A stretch of 64,000 nucleotides of DNA from Bacteroides sp. (GTDB taxonomy: Bacteria; Bacteroidota; Bacteroidia; Bacteroidales; Muribaculaceae). The stretch covers positions 63,359-127,358 of the forward strand of contig JAAVCU010000021.1 of NCBI GenBank assembly GCA_014802175.1. Direction: 5' to 3'. Of this stretch, positions 37,407 to 48,099 are shown piece by piece (position 1 is the first letter of the stretch; each line of letters opens with the position of its first letter). The notes under the pieces were generated by a model. It saw only the letters and a list, made by a program, of their open reading frames with translations. It did not search any database and was not told the origin of the DNA. The position numbers and the translations under genes are program-made.

Positions 37407-39019
37407 TCATCAGAATTTTTAGGGCGACGGGAGCGCAGTTTATATTGCGAAAATTTATATTCGTTGCTTTCGGGGAGGCTGGGACCTTTCCCTGTGGTCC
37501 TTACCGCAGGTTTCTGTCTTGAATCGCCGCCACGGAAAGGTTTGTCCGCACCTCTATTGGATTTATCACCGCTACGGAAAGGCTTACGGTCGGAGTGCTC
37601 AAATTTCTTCTTACCATGGAATTTTGAGGGTGCATCAAAGCTGCTGTCTCCATCAAAACCTCCACCTCTGGTTGATTTATCGCCACCACGGAAAGGTTTG
37701 TTGCGTTTATCAAACTTGCCACCTTTGTCGGTTTTTCCTTTCGGTTTGCGATCGTGGTTACCGAATTTGCGGGTTTCCTTTTTCCATTCGTCGTCGGAAA
37801 CGTGCTTCATCTTGCGCGGACGATCCTGTTCTATCTCTTTGTCGGCAACTTTGCCTAAAGAGCCACCATCAGCGCGGAACGCATCGTATCTGCCATCAAA
37901 GAGCACATATTCACGCAGTGAGCATTCGAGACTGCCGTTGAGCAATGGAATCTTGAGAGTGGGTTTAAGACCGATGTTGCCGAAGTCGTCGTTATCGGGT
38001 CCGATGAGCCATGCGGTCCATCCGGCAAAATTCTTTTTAAGGCAAGTTCCGATACCTTTGAACAGGGCAACCATATCATCAGATTTAAGTCGCTCGCCAT
38101 AAGGTGGATTCATAACAATGATACCCGGTTCGGGATTCTCAACCCAGTCGCTCATGGGGCGGCAGGTAAGTTCGATCATGTCATCCACTTTAGCTTCGCG
38201 GATGTTTTTGCGGGCGATGCTGACAGTCTCCGGGTCGATGTCGCCACCGTAGATCTTGAAGTTGAAATCTCGCTCGGCACTGTCGTCGTTATAGATATCC
38301 TCGAAAAGCTCGCGGTCGAAGTCGGGCCATCTCTCGAAAGCGAATTGCTTACGGTAGATACCCGGATTGATATTTGCAGCAATAAGAGCAGCCTCGATCA
38401 GGAAAGTTCCTGACCCGCACATCGGGTCAGCGAAATTGCAGTCGCCACGCCAGCCGGTTTTCATGATGATACCGGCGGCAAGTACCTCATTGATAGGGGC
38501 TGCTGTCTGCTCCACACGATAGCCGCGTTTTGAAAGAGGCTCACCGCTGGAGTCGAGAGAGATTGTGATTCTATCCTCGAAAATATGCACGTTAAGCATA
38601 AGGTCGGCTCCGGCAACGCGGATCGACGGGCGTTCGCCATATTTATCGCGGAAATGATCCACAATACCATCTTTTACACGATAAGTCACATATTTTGAGT
38701 GAGTGAACTCATCGCTGTTCACCGTCGAGTCAATGGAGAAGGTGGTTGACGGTGTCATATATTTTTCCCATTCGATATCCCTTACGATATCGTAAAGTTC
38801 ATCGGGATCCTTAGCCGTGAATTTCTCGATCGGTTTAAGGATCCGCAATGCAGTGCGGCAACAAAGGTTAGCGCGGTACATAGTGGCGAGGTCACCTTCG
38901 AAGCTGACCATTCTGCGCCCCATCTCAACGTTTTCCGCGCCTAAAGAAATTAACTCATCGCGCAAGACATCCTCCAGTCCCTGGAAAGTCTTTGCGACCA
39001 TTTGAAATTTATCGACCAT
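37403..39019 (-). CDS. THUMP-domain SAM-dependent rRNA methyltransferase (RlmL-like) with a charged low-complexity tail
   Basis: AKTFQGLE, LSKRGYR, DPMCGSGT, NPPYGER. Confidence 0.88.
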   Translation of the reverse strand: MVDKFQMVAKTFQGLEDVLRDELISLGAENVEMGRRMVSFEGDLATMYRANLCCRTALRILKPIEKFTAKDPDELYDIVRDIEWEKYMTPSTTFSIDSTVNSDEFTHSKYVTYRVKDGIVDHFRDKYGERPSIRVAGADLMLNVHIFEDRITISLDSSGEPLSKRGYRVEQTAAPINEVLAAGIIMKTGWRGDCNFADPMCGSGTFLIEAALIAANINPGIYRKQFAFERWPDFDRELFEDIYNDDSAERDFNFKIYGGDIDPETVSIARKNIREAKVDDMIELTCRPMSDWVENPEPGIIVMNPPYGERLKSDDMVALFKGIGTCLKKNFAGWTAWLIGPDNDDFGNIGLKPTLKIPLLNGSLECSLREYVLFDGRYDAFRADGGSLGKVADKEIEQDRPRKMKHVSDDEWKKETRKFGNHDRKPKGKTDKGGKFDKRNKPFRGGDKSTRGGGFDGDSSFDAPSKFHGKKKFEHSDRKPFRSGDKSNRGADKPFRGGDSRQKPAVRTTGKGPSLPESNEYKFSQYKLRSRRPKNSDE

Positions 39020-39059
39020 TTCGATCTGTTATAATTTTAGATAATGTGTTATCAGGTAA

Positions 39060-40454
39060 TTAGAATGTAATTGAACTGAAGTTCGATGGACCTTCCGGAC
39101 GATCAGGAGTGGAGGGTTTCGGTTGCGAACTTTGCTGTGCAGCCTTCTTGACCTGCTCTTTGAGCGCGACCGGGCGGTTGTATGTCCGGTTGTTTTCAAG
39201 GATAGCAATGACGTCGTAATCGTCGAATTGAGAGGGCTTGAGCACGATATACTTCGCTTCATCTGCGGCGCGACCTTTGTCGATCACCTTCTTATCGCCG
39301 TAGATATCGCGGATCTTATCTTTCAGTTCCTTCTCCTCCTGCATCCGTTTGTGTTCAGTGCTCGGATCAGCGTCGCCACCTCCCATGTCGATAGTGCCGG
39401 GAGTTTTGGTGCCGGATTTAATCTGGGTAACTTTCTCTCCCTCACCACGCAGAGTCACATCGAAGCCGGAGGCAAGCACTGTAACTTTCACCTTCTTACC
39501 CATCTCGGGGTTCTTGCCGATACCCCATTTTACTTCGATATTCTGAGGGAGCTGTTCGGTAAACTCACGGATTTCACCCATCTCCTTGACCATCACGGGA
39601 GCCTCGTCAGAGCAAACGAACTTCAAGAGGATTCGTTTAGACGAGAAGATATCGTGTGTTTTAAGAAGGGGGGAGTGCAGGGCCATATTGATGGCATCAG
39701 TGACGCGGTGCTCACCCTCAGCCTCGGCAGTAGCAATGATGGCTGTTCCTGCGTTGCGGAGAGTGGTCTTCACATCCTGGAAGTCGACGTTTATATAGCA
39801 CGGCTCCGAGATAATCTCCGATATAGAGCGCGCTGCGTTGGCGAGAGTGTCGTCGGCTTTGCCGAACGCGTTGAAGAAATCGAGATCCTGATAGAGGTCT
39901 ATGAGGTTCTCATTGTTGATCACCAGAAGGGCATCAACGTGTTTTTTCATCTCCTCTGCGCCGCTAAGTGCGTTCATAATCTTCTTGTTACCCTCGAAGA
40001 AGAAGGGCACAGTCACGATTCCGATGGTAAGCATCCCCGCCTCTTTCGACAACTGAGCCACAACGGGACCGGCACCGGTGCCTGTTCCTCCACCCATGCC
40101 GGCTGTGACGAACACCATCTCCGTTTTGTCGTCGAACAGTTTCTGGATCTCCGCTTTTGATGCTTCGGCGCATTGTTTGCCGACCTCGGGGACGTTTCCG
40201 GCTCCAAGGCCTTTGGTTATATCGGCACCGATAAGCAGCTTGGTAGGTACCGGCGAACGCTTCAAGTGCTGATCGTCGGTGTTGCAGATCACGAAATTGA
40301 CATAGGGGATATGCTGGGAATACATGTAGTTGACAGCGTTGCTTCCACCGCCGCCTACACCGATCACCTTGATGATTGCGTCGTTCTCATCCTTCACGAA
40401 TTCCGAATCGTCGGAGAGATCGTATATGTGGGGAGTCTTTATATCGTCTTCCAT
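39060..40454 (-). CDS. ftsZ: Cell division protein FtsZ
   Basis: VIGVGGGGSNA, GMGGGTGTG, INVDFQD. Confidence 0.97.
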   Translation of the reverse strand: MEDDIKTPHIYDLSDDSEFVKDENDAIIKVIGVGGGGSNAVNYMYSQHIPYVNFVICNTDDQHLKRSPVPTKLLIGADITKGLGAGNVPEVGKQCAEASKAEIQKLFDDKTEMVFVTAGMGGGTGTGAGPVVAQLSKEAGMLTIGIVTVPFFFEGNKKIMNALSGAEEMKKHVDALLVINNENLIDLYQDLDFFNAFGKADDTLANAARSISEIISEPCYINVDFQDVKTTLRNAGTAIIATAEAEGEHRVTDAINMALHSPLLKTHDIFSSKRILLKFVCSDEAPVMVKEMGEIREFTEQLPQNIEVKWGIGKNPEMGKKVKVTVLASGFDVTLRGEGEKVTQIKSGTKTPGTIDMGGGDADPSTEHKRMQEEKELKDKIRDIYGDKKVIDKGRAADEAKYIVLKPSQFDDYDVIAILENNRTYNRPVALKEQVKKAAQQSSQPKPSTPDRPEGPSNFSSITF

Positions 40455-40525
40455 TTTATTCTGTTGATAAGAAAGTGTCTTAAACTCTCAAGAAGAGAGG
40501 GATAATATCTCTGAAATGCTTGTGA

Positions 40526-41860
40526 TTAATCAAGGGCGTCTGAATCATCTTCACCATTGGAGCCGAACGCCTCAATAGCTTTATCTTTGAGTCTCCCCCA
40601 CCAACTTGGACCTTTAGGTTTGTTGTCAGGCTTGGGTTTGGGTAGAACCTCTTCTTCCTCTTCCTCGATGTTCGGATTGCCCATTTTGGGGAGTTCCTGG
40701 GGAATCTCAAGGCAGGTCGCGTCGTTTCCGGAGGCTCCCGCGTAAAGGATACTTGCAACCTCTATGATCTCCGGTCCGCTGATCTTCACATCCTCAAGGT
40801 GAATGTATGAGGGGAGCACCCCGCGGGTCACATTCAAACCGCTTTTCTCGGTGAGCAACTCGATCATGCCGTTAAGTTTCGATGCTCCTCCGATAAGCAC
40901 TATTCCTCCGGGAATGTCTTTTGCCGGATCAAGCTCCGCATAATCAAACTGCTTTATGATATTTGTGACGATCTCTTCGGAGCGCGCGATAATGATATTG
41001 GACACGAGGTGAGCGTCAACACCGCTTGATACGAGTGAAGCAGAAGAGTCACGCAAGATTGCGCTTCCTGCCTTTATCTTGATGTCTTCCGCTCTCTCTT
41101 CGAGAAGATTGGCTGTGGAGAGGTCGCGGGTTATGTTTCTTCCGCCGAGAGGGAGTGTGGCGAAATAATGAAGATGCCCGGAGCGATATATGGAAACTGT
41201 GGTGGTTTCAGCACCCATATCCACAAGCATGCAGCCGTAACGTTTCTGCTCGGCGCTCAGCACTATCTGCCCTACGGCGAGAGCTGTTACGACCACCCCT
41301 TTGATTGGTATTCCACGTTTATCGCGGACGGTGCGGATAAGATTATTCTTGATTTCAGGATGACAGACAATGAGGTCGAAATCGGTGCTGATGGAGTTTC
41401 CGACAGTGCCGACCGGCGACATCGTTTTTTGTTTACCGACAACATAGAAGCGGGGCACGGCATCGATTACCTCAAGAGAGGAGTCGATAGCTGTGCTACG
41501 GGCCTGCGTGAGGAGCCGCTTGATCACCTCCTCGGTGATTTCGGTGTCGTCAGGCAAAGTGAGCAAAGTCTTTGATGGAATTGATTTCAATGACAGACCT
41601 GAAAGCCCGACGAAAATAGACGTGATTTTCCGAGGGGCAACCATCGGCTTGCGCTCAAGCTTGCTGATGATTCGCGCTATTCTTGTTGCCGCTTCCTCCA
41701 GGTTGCGGATCACACCATAGCGGACACTTTCAACTTCCTTTTCCTGTTCTGAAGCTAAAATGTCAAGCTGACCGCCGGGTCGCATTCTTCCCACAACGGC
41801 TATAATTTTCGAGCTGCTGATTTCAAGGGCAGCTACATATCTGTCATCTGTCATTCCCAT
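40526..41860 (-). CDS. ftsA: Cell division protein FtsA
   Basis: ALEISSSK, VDMGAETT, GGRNITRD, LIGGAS; dcw synteny. Confidence 0.93.
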   Translation of the reverse strand: MGMTDDRYVAALEISSSKIIAVVGRMRPGGQLDILASEQEKEVESVRYGVIRNLEEAATRIARIISKLERKPMVAPRKITSIFVGLSGLSLKSIPSKTLLTLPDDTEITEEVIKRLLTQARSTAIDSSLEVIDAVPRFYVVGKQKTMSPVGTVGNSISTDFDLIVCHPEIKNNLIRTVRDKRGIPIKGVVVTALAVGQIVLSAEQKRYGCMLVDMGAETTTVSIYRSGHLHYFATLPLGGRNITRDLSTANLLEERAEDIKIKAGSAILRDSSASLVSSGVDAHLVSNIIIARSEEIVTNIIKQFDYAELDPAKDIPGGIVLIGGASKLNGMIELLTEKSGLNVTRGVLPSYIHLEDVKISGPEIIEVASILYAGASGNDATCLEIPQELPKMGNPNIEEEEEEVLPKPKPDNKPKGPSWWGRLKDKAIEAFGSNGEDDSDALD

Positions 41861-41863
41861 AAT

Positions 41864-42766
41864 CTAAGGGGTTGTTGTCGTATTATTATTGTTTGTAGAT
41901 TTAGTTGTGTCAACTGCGTTAGCAGTGTTTTTAACCGGCAGCGGCAGGTCTGCCACCTGAGGCAGAGTCTGCTCCTCAAGGTCAACCTCGTCCACCGGCA
42001 TCACCGGTGCGACAAGTCTCTGCTTGTTGCGACGTGTTGCCACCACCTGTCCGGCAAATTTGACGGAGACGGTGTCGTAGGTCTCCCACCCTTTGTGGGG
42101 CATCACCTTCCGGTAGAAAAGGAAGAGATTTTTCGTCTTCTTCTTCAAGTCGGAGGTATCGCCGAAATTCACCACATGTCCCTTGATGCGAGGCACCAGA
42201 ATCAGGTTCCGGCTGTCTTTGGCCTCGATCATCGCCGTGAGGTTGGAGAGTTTCGGATCGCTGTCGATGTATTTCACCAGCGGAAGCACATCTCTCGGGG
42301 TGAAGGTTGAGTTGAAGCGACCGAACACCACCGGCACATCGGTGAAAAATTCGGCTCTTGCATCGATGCGTTTCCCTTCGCGGTTGATATAGTAAGACTT
42401 ATCGCTGTCGAAAACGCGCATCACCGGTTCAAGAGGTTTCGCCTCCACGAGAAGATGGTTGTCGGAGTTGATCATGCACTTCACGCTCTCGAAATTGGCG
42501 ATTGAAGCGAGATAATCCTCCACCTTCTTTGTGTTGACCTTATGGATCGACACGCCTTTGATGGGATCGGGATATTTGGCGAGTTCCATCTCGATTCCAC
42601 GTTTGGTGCGGTCCACCACGGTTTTATTCTTGTTGCCCACGATTTTCACGATCACCCCCGTACACTTGTGTTGCTCCGCCTCCCGGTTAGCCCAAACGGC
42701 AACCCAGGCGGTGTATCCTAACAGAAGCAGGAGCAGAATCCATTTGAATATCGTGGTCTTCATCAA
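41864..42766 (-). CDS. ftsQ: Cell division protein FtsQ/DivIB
   Basis: N-terminal TM, POTRA-like region, KFAGQVVA; lies between murC and ftsA. Confidence 0.85.
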   Translation of the reverse strand: MMKTTIFKWILLLLLLGYTAWVAVWANREAEQHKCTGVIVKIVGNKNKTVVDRTKRGIEMELAKYPDPIKGVSIHKVNTKKVEDYLASIANFESVKCMINSDNHLLVEAKPLEPVMRVFDSDKSYYINREGKRIDARAEFFTDVPVVFGRFNSTFTPRDVLPLVKYIDSDPKLSNLTAMIEAKDSRNLILVPRIKGHVVNFGDTSDLKKKTKNLFLFYRKVMPHKGWETYDTVSVKFAGQVVATRRNKQRLVAPVMPVDEVDLEEQTLPQVADLPLPVKNTANAVDTTKSTNNNNTTTTP

Positions 42767-42771
42767 TAAAA

Positions 42772-44142
42772 TTATGCCAGAATATCATTGATCTCAGGTA
42801 GGAGCCGGTCGATGTCGGCGGCACCTAATGTCATCAAGATTTCAAAGTTACTATTTTTTATCAGATTCAACAAATCTTTTCGCTCGCAAAAAGATTTTTC
42901 CTGTGATTTGACGTTATCTAACACTGTCAAAGAGGAGATTCCGGGTATCGGAAGCTCCCTTGCAGGGTAAATTTCAGGCATTATCACTTCGTCGGCAAGT
43001 GAAAGCGCTTCTGCAAATTCATCGGCAAAATCGCGTGTGCGAGTGTACAGGTGTGGCTGGAATATCACTGAGAGCTTTCTGCCGGGATAAAGTTTCCTCA
43101 CGGAGCGGATTGAGCTTACTATCTCGTTCGGGCTGTGGGCGTAGTCGTCTATCAGCACGGGTGCGCCGGGATGTTTAGAGCCATCGAGCCAGACTTCAAA
43201 CCGACGTTTGGCACCCTTGAACGAAGCCAGACCGCGTTTTACCTCTTCAGGAGTGGCTCCGGCGGTGAGGGCAGCCGCGGCGGCAGCCACTGCGTTGTCA
43301 ATGTTGATCTCAACAGGCACGCCCGGCGACATCCCCTCGATGCGGAGGTTGTCGGGACCCACCAGAGTGAAAGTGACTTTCCCGTTGCCGAAGGTTATAT
43401 CTTCAGCGTGCCAGTCTCCTTCGCTGCCGCCACTGTATGTCTGGATCTTTACACCCTCAGCCACGTCAGGGGTGTATTTCAGTCCGGTGTGGGTGATCAA
43501 AGTTCCTCCGGGTCGAATCAGGGAGGTGAAGATTGAGAATGCTTCGAGATAGTGCTCCTCATCGCCGTAAATGTCGAGGTGATCGGGATCGGTCGATGTC
43601 ACCACTGCAATGTAGGGGTGAAGCTGGTGAAAAGAACGGTCGTATTCATCAGCCTCTATCACTGACAGACGCGAGTTCTCGTTGAGCACAAGATTGCTCC
43701 CTGTGTTGCGGAGGATTCCACCGAGGAAAGCGGTGCAACCCGGTTCGGCGTCGCGCAGAATATTGGCAATCATTGAGGAGGTGGTGGTCTTTCCGTGAGA
43801 ACCCGCCACGCAGATAGCATCTGTAGAGCGGGTGATTCTTCCGAGCAAAGCAGCGCGCTTTATAACCTCGAATCCGTTGTCGCGGAAATAGGAGAGTATC
43901 GTATTTGATGCCGGCACGGCAGGGGTATATACCACCAACGTATCAGCAGGATTGCGGAATCCATCCGGAATCAGCTCGCAGTTGTCTTCAAAAATCAGTT
44001 TGGCACCCTCCTCCGAAAGTTCGTCGGTCAAGGCTGAGGGTGTGCGGTCATAACCCGCTACTTCATAACCATGGCGAAGATAATATCTCACGAGGTTCGC
44101 CATCCCGATCCCTCCGGCTCCTACAAAATATATATTCTTCAT
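42772..44142 (-). CDS. murC: UDP-N-acetylmuramate--L-alanine ligase
   Basis: GAGGIGM, GSHGKTTT, EADEYD, DDYAH, FQPH. Confidence 0.97.
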   Translation of the reverse strand: MKNIYFVGAGGIGMANLVRYYLRHGYEVAGYDRTPSALTDELSEEGAKLIFEDNCELIPDGFRNPADTLVVYTPAVPASNTILSYFRDNGFEVIKRAALLGRITRSTDAICVAGSHGKTTTSSMIANILRDAEPGCTAFLGGILRNTGSNLVLNENSRLSVIEADEYDRSFHQLHPYIAVVTSTDPDHLDIYGDEEHYLEAFSIFTSLIRPGGTLITHTGLKYTPDVAEGVKIQTYSGGSEGDWHAEDITFGNGKVTFTLVGPDNLRIEGMSPGVPVEINIDNAVAAAAAALTAGATPEEVKRGLASFKGAKRRFEVWLDGSKHPGAPVLIDDYAHSPNEIVSSIRSVRKLYPGRKLSVIFQPHLYTRTRDFADEFAEALSLADEVIMPEIYPARELPIPGISSLTVLDNVKSQEKSFCERKDLLNLIKNSNFEILMTLGAADIDRLLPEINDILA

Positions 44143-44166
44143 CTGTTAAGTCAATCTGTTGTAAAA

Positions 44167-45264
44167 TCAATCTGCGATTATTTTCAAAACTTCATCAACG
44201 ATGCGCTCGTCGCTATTTCGCTGCGCCATAGCCGCAATATTGTCGCTCATCCGTTTGAGCTGCTCCTTATCGCCAGCCAAAGCTATGATTGTGTCAATCA
44301 ATTTTTCGCGTGCCTCGGCATCTGTCACCATAACCGCAGCATCTTTCTCCACAAGAGCCAGGGCGTTTTTGGTCTGGTGATCCTCGGCAACGTTAGGTGA
44401 AGGAACGAGCACACAGGGTTTGCCGAGAATCTGCAACTCGCTGATGGAACCGGCTCCGGCTCTTGAAACCACAAGGTCGGCTGCTGCGTAAGCGGCACCC
44501 ATATCGGTTATGAAATCTGTCACGACCACTCCCTGCAACCCTTTTACGGCTACGTGTCCGCGGTCGCCGAAGTTCTTGCCGGTCTGCCAGATAACCTGGA
44601 ATCCTGCATCAATGAGTTTGCGCACACCAGCTTCCAGACTCTCGTTGAGCGTGCGGGCACCAAGGCTTCCACCCACGATCAGTACTGTCTGACGTTCGGG
44701 ATTGAGCCCGAAACTTGTGCGAGCCTTACTTTTGTCGATGTTTGCCTCCGAGAGATTCTTGCGCACCGGATTGCCGGTTAGCACAATCTTATCTTTCGGG
44801 AAAAAGCGCTCCATCCCTTCGTAAGCCACGCAGATTTTATTCGCTTTGGCGCACAGGAGTTTATTTGTGACGCCGGCGTAAGAGTTCTGTTCCTGAACAA
44901 GTGTAGGCACTCCTGCTCGCTGAGCGGCCTTGAGTGTAGGTCCGGAGCAGTATCCACCTACACCTATGGCAATGTCGGGGTTGAATTCCTTAACGATTTT
45001 GCGGGCCATCCTCACACTCTTCCAGAGTTTCATAAGCACGCTTACGTTTTTGAGCAGGTTCTTACGGTTGAAACCTGCTACGGGGAGACCGATAATCTTA
45101 TATCCGGCAGCGGGCACTTTATCCATCTCCATACGATTTTCTGCGCCTACGAAGAGTATATCGGCATCAATGCGACGTTTAAGGGCGTTGGCAATGGAGA
45201 GTGCGGGGAAGATGTGTCCACCTGTTCCCCCGCCGCTTATAAGGATCTTTTTTTTGTTAGCCAT
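44167..45264 (-). CDS. murG: Lipid II GlcNAc transferase
   Basis: GGGTGGH, GVGGY, EQN, GGSLGA, SRAG, HQTKNA. Confidence 0.97.
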   Translation of the reverse strand: MANKKKILISGGGTGGHIFPALSIANALKRRIDADILFVGAENRMEMDKVPAAGYKIIGLPVAGFNRKNLLKNVSVLMKLWKSVRMARKIVKEFNPDIAIGVGGYCSGPTLKAAQRAGVPTLVQEQNSYAGVTNKLLCAKANKICVAYEGMERFFPKDKIVLTGNPVRKNLSEANIDKSKARTSFGLNPERQTVLIVGGSLGARTLNESLEAGVRKLIDAGFQVIWQTGKNFGDRGHVAVKGLQGVVVTDFITDMGAAYAAADLVVSRAGAGSISELQILGKPCVLVPSPNVAEDHQTKNALALVEKDAAVMVTDAEAREKLIDTIIALAGDKEQLKRMSDNIAAMAQRNSDERIVDEVLKIIAD

Positions 45265-45277
45265 AGGATCTTATAAT

Positions 45278-46645
45278 TTATTGTGGTTGCTCATAACCGC
45301 TGAAGTTGGCGGCCTGCATATCTTCAGGAAGCTCTTTGAGCTCCTTGCGTATATCTTTCTTATTGCCGGATGTGACCGCATAGCGGCTCACCGACATCAT
45401 CATTCCGATCGCGGCGGACATAATCAGGATAGATGTTCCACCTTTGGATATGAATGGCAATGGCTGCCCCGACACGGGGAACAATCCGGTCACGATCGCC
45501 ATGTGAACGAGTGCCTGAAACACAATCATCACCGCGCACCCCATAATCAGGAAGGCAGGGAAAGCACGTGAACATCTGTAAGCCACTCGTCCGGCACGCG
45601 CTACAAGCGAAAGGAATAGCACCAAGAGTGCAGCACCTCCAATGAAACCGGTGTCTTCTATGATGATGGAGAAGATGTAGTCTGAGAAGGCGAGGGGGAG
45701 TCGTGAGCTTTCGCGGGAATTACCCGGACCCTGACCGGTGAGACCTCCATTGGCTTGAGCGAATTTCGAGAAGATCACCTGACGGTTCATATCGTCGATC
45801 GGATCTTCCGGGCTCACACCTTTGAGCCAGCGTTTCATGCGCCCGTCGCGAGTTTCACCACGACTGTTCAATCCTCCGGCAAAGGAAGCTGTGGTCACAG
45901 TTTCGGAGCTGATGCTGTCGAACTCTGCGTCGGCAGAGGAGTGGCCGAGATGACGCAATCCCAACACACCGGCTCCCAAAATTGCATAGACACCGATAAT
46001 CATGAAAAATTTCCGCATAGGGATTCCTCCGATTATGAACATGCAGAGGCTCACACCCATCATCAGGATGGTGTTGGTGAGTCCGTCTTTATACAGAAGC
46101 ACGGCAAAGACTCCTACCACTGTGGCGGAGAGTAATATACCTTTTGTAGTTACGCCGCCGGGAGTCTGGTTCCTGGATAGAATTTTAGCTAAAAGGAGCA
46201 CCACGGCAAGCTTAGCCATCTCTGCGGGCTGAATGGTGAGGCCTCCGAACCGAAGTGCGCGCTGGGCTCCATTGATCTCCACACCCACCAGAGTCGAGGC
46301 AACGAGCAATATAAGAGAAATAATAGCAAAACCCCAGGCGGTTTTGCCCACCCAAATGTAATGCGTACGCTGCAATCCTATAACGATAAGGAAACCGAGT
46401 CCGAGGAAGATGCCATGACGAATCAGGGGTGAATATACGTTTGACGCGGTCACTTCGGTGCTGGACGCACTGAAGAGTTCCACGATACTGATGAGTATGA
46501 GGAACAGATATGTGCCCCATAGCCAGGGGTCGTTACGAAATTTCTTTGCCGTAGCGGCTGCGGCAGCGGCGGAAGCTGACGGTTTGTTCTGAGACACGCC
46601 GTCGATGGTTTCTCGGATCTCAAGTCCGGGTATAGTGTTGTTCAC
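45278..46645 (-). CDS. ftsW: SEDS peptidoglycan polymerase FtsW
   Basis: INGAQR, IQPAEMAK, SDYIF, GQPLPFISKGGTS; GTG start. Confidence 0.93.
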   Translation of the reverse strand: MNNTIPGLEIRETIDGVSQNKPSASAAAAAATAKKFRNDPWLWGTYLFLILISIVELFSASSTEVTASNVYSPLIRHGIFLGLGFLIVIGLQRTHYIWVGKTAWGFAIISLILLVASTLVGVEINGAQRALRFGGLTIQPAEMAKLAVVLLLAKILSRNQTPGGVTTKGILLSATVVGVFAVLLYKDGLTNTILMMGVSLCMFIIGGIPMRKFFMIIGVYAILGAGVLGLRHLGHSSADAEFDSISSETVTTASFAGGLNSRGETRDGRMKRWLKGVSPEDPIDDMNRQVIFSKFAQANGGLTGQGPGNSRESSRLPLAFSDYIFSIIIEDTGFIGGAALLVLFLSLVARAGRVAYRCSRAFPAFLIMGCAVMIVFQALVHMAIVTGLFPVSGQPLPFISKGGTSILIMSAAIGMMMSVSRYAVTSGNKKDIRKELKELPEDMQAANFSGYEQPQ

Positions 46646-46652
46646 GATTATC

Positions 46653-46736
46653 TAATTAATTAATAATTAATAATTAAGTAAATATGACTAAATAATTAAT
46701 TTATTGCATAAACTCAAATAAGTGGATTTCAGCTGA
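46653..46736 (-). repeat. Heptamer tract (TTAATTA) plus core shared with 10597-10650
   Basis: Reverse complement reads TCAGCTGAAA...ATTAATTATTTAG, then ttaatta repeats. Confidence 0.6.
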
Positions 46737-46748
46737 GTAGATCAATAA

Positions 46749-48089
46749 TTAATTGTTTGTGAGGGATCGAACCTGTTGTTTGAATTGTGCGCCTCGGTCT
46801 TCGTAGCTGGAGAAGAGGTCGAAGCTTGCGCAACAGGGTGAGAGGAGCACGGTGTCGCCCGTCTCGGCAAGTTCGTGACATTTCGCCACTGCATCCTGAA
46901 TCGAATGGGTGTCGTAGATCTCTGGAACTTTCCCAGTGAAGAAATCAAGGAGCTTTGTGTTGTCCTTGCCCATGCAGATTATGGCTTTCACTTTCTCTTT
47001 TACGAGACTTTCAATCTCCGAATAGTCGTTTCCCTTATCTTTCCCTCCAAGTATCAGGATGGTGGGTGTGGTCATGCTTTCGAGGGCATACCAGGTGGAG
47101 TTGACGTTGGTGGCTTTGGAATCATTGACATATCTTGCGCCGTTAACCGTAGCAACATATTCAAGGCGATGCTCCACCGCCTCAAAGTCCTCAAGAGCCT
47201 CACGGATATCATCTTTGCGGATATCGAGCAGAGAGGCGGAGAGTCCCGCTGCCATGGAGTTGTAGAGGTTATGCAGTCCGGTGAGGGAGAGTTTGTCGCG
47301 CGGAATCTCCCATACTTCGTTTGGTGTGATGAATTTCACGAGCCCATCTTTCACATAGGCATGAGCGCCATGTTCCTCAAACTCGCTGAAAGGCATCTGC
47401 ATGGCCTCGACCTGGATATTGCGGATCTGCTCAGCGATGATGGGATCATCCTGCCAGTAAATGAAGTAATCTTCTGCGGTCTGATTCTGGAGAATGCGGA
47501 ATTTTGCTTTTGTGTAATTCTCCATCTTGTGGTCGTAACGATCCAGGTGGTCAGGAGTGATGTTCATGATGACCGCGATATTGGCCTTGAAGTCGTACAT
47601 GTTTTCAAGCTGGAAGCTCGAAAGCTCGATTACATAATAGGAATGAGGATCGCGAGCCACCTGAAGCGCGAGGCTTTTTCCAACGTTTCCTGCCAACCCG
47701 ACGTCGAGTCCGGCTTTGCGGAGGATGTGGTAGGTAAGAAGCGTGGTTGTGGTCTTGCCGTTTGAGCCGGTGATGCACACCATCTTGGCATCTGTATATC
47801 TACCGGCGAATTCAATCTCCGATAGCACGGGGATTCCTTTCTCGGTGATCTTCTTTACCATAGGGGCATAAGGGGGTATGCCGGGGCTTTTGACCACAAT
47901 GTCGGCATCGAGAATCTTCTCCTCAGTGTGGCATCCCTCCTCGAATTCGATATTCTCGGCAATGAGGGTGTTGCGATATTCGGGTTTGAGTGTTCCCATA
48001 TCGCTGAGGAACACTGTCATATCTTTTTCTTTTCCGAGGATGGCGGCGCCTACGCCACTCTCTCCTCCTCCAAGCACTACTAATTTCAT
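46749..48089 (-). CDS. murD: UDP-MurNAc-L-Ala--D-Glu ligase
   Basis: KSPGI, TGSNGKTTT, ELSSFQL, DHLDR, NDSKATN, LSPCCASFD. Confidence 0.97.
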   Translation of the reverse strand: MKLVVLGGGESGVGAAILGKEKDMTVFLSDMGTLKPEYRNTLIAENIEFEEGCHTEEKILDADIVVKSPGIPPYAPMVKKITEKGIPVLSEIEFAGRYTDAKMVCITGSNGKTTTTLLTYHILRKAGLDVGLAGNVGKSLALQVARDPHSYYVIELSSFQLENMYDFKANIAVIMNITPDHLDRYDHKMENYTKAKFRILQNQTAEDYFIYWQDDPIIAEQIRNIQVEAMQMPFSEFEEHGAHAYVKDGLVKFITPNEVWEIPRDKLSLTGLHNLYNSMAAGLSASLLDIRKDDIREALEDFEAVEHRLEYVATVNGARYVNDSKATNVNSTWYALESMTTPTILILGGKDKGNDYSEIESLVKEKVKAIICMGKDNTKLLDFFTGKVPEIYDTHSIQDAVAKCHELAETGDTVLLSPCCASFDLFSSYEDRGAQFKQQVRSLTNN

Positions 48090-48099
48090 TATCGTGTCG

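Noticed and set aside
39123-40160. 345-aa antisense ORF over ftsZ (similarly 46875-47765, 37317-38102, 10835-11686)
   Set aside because: Shadow frames of well-conserved genes with no recognisable motifs
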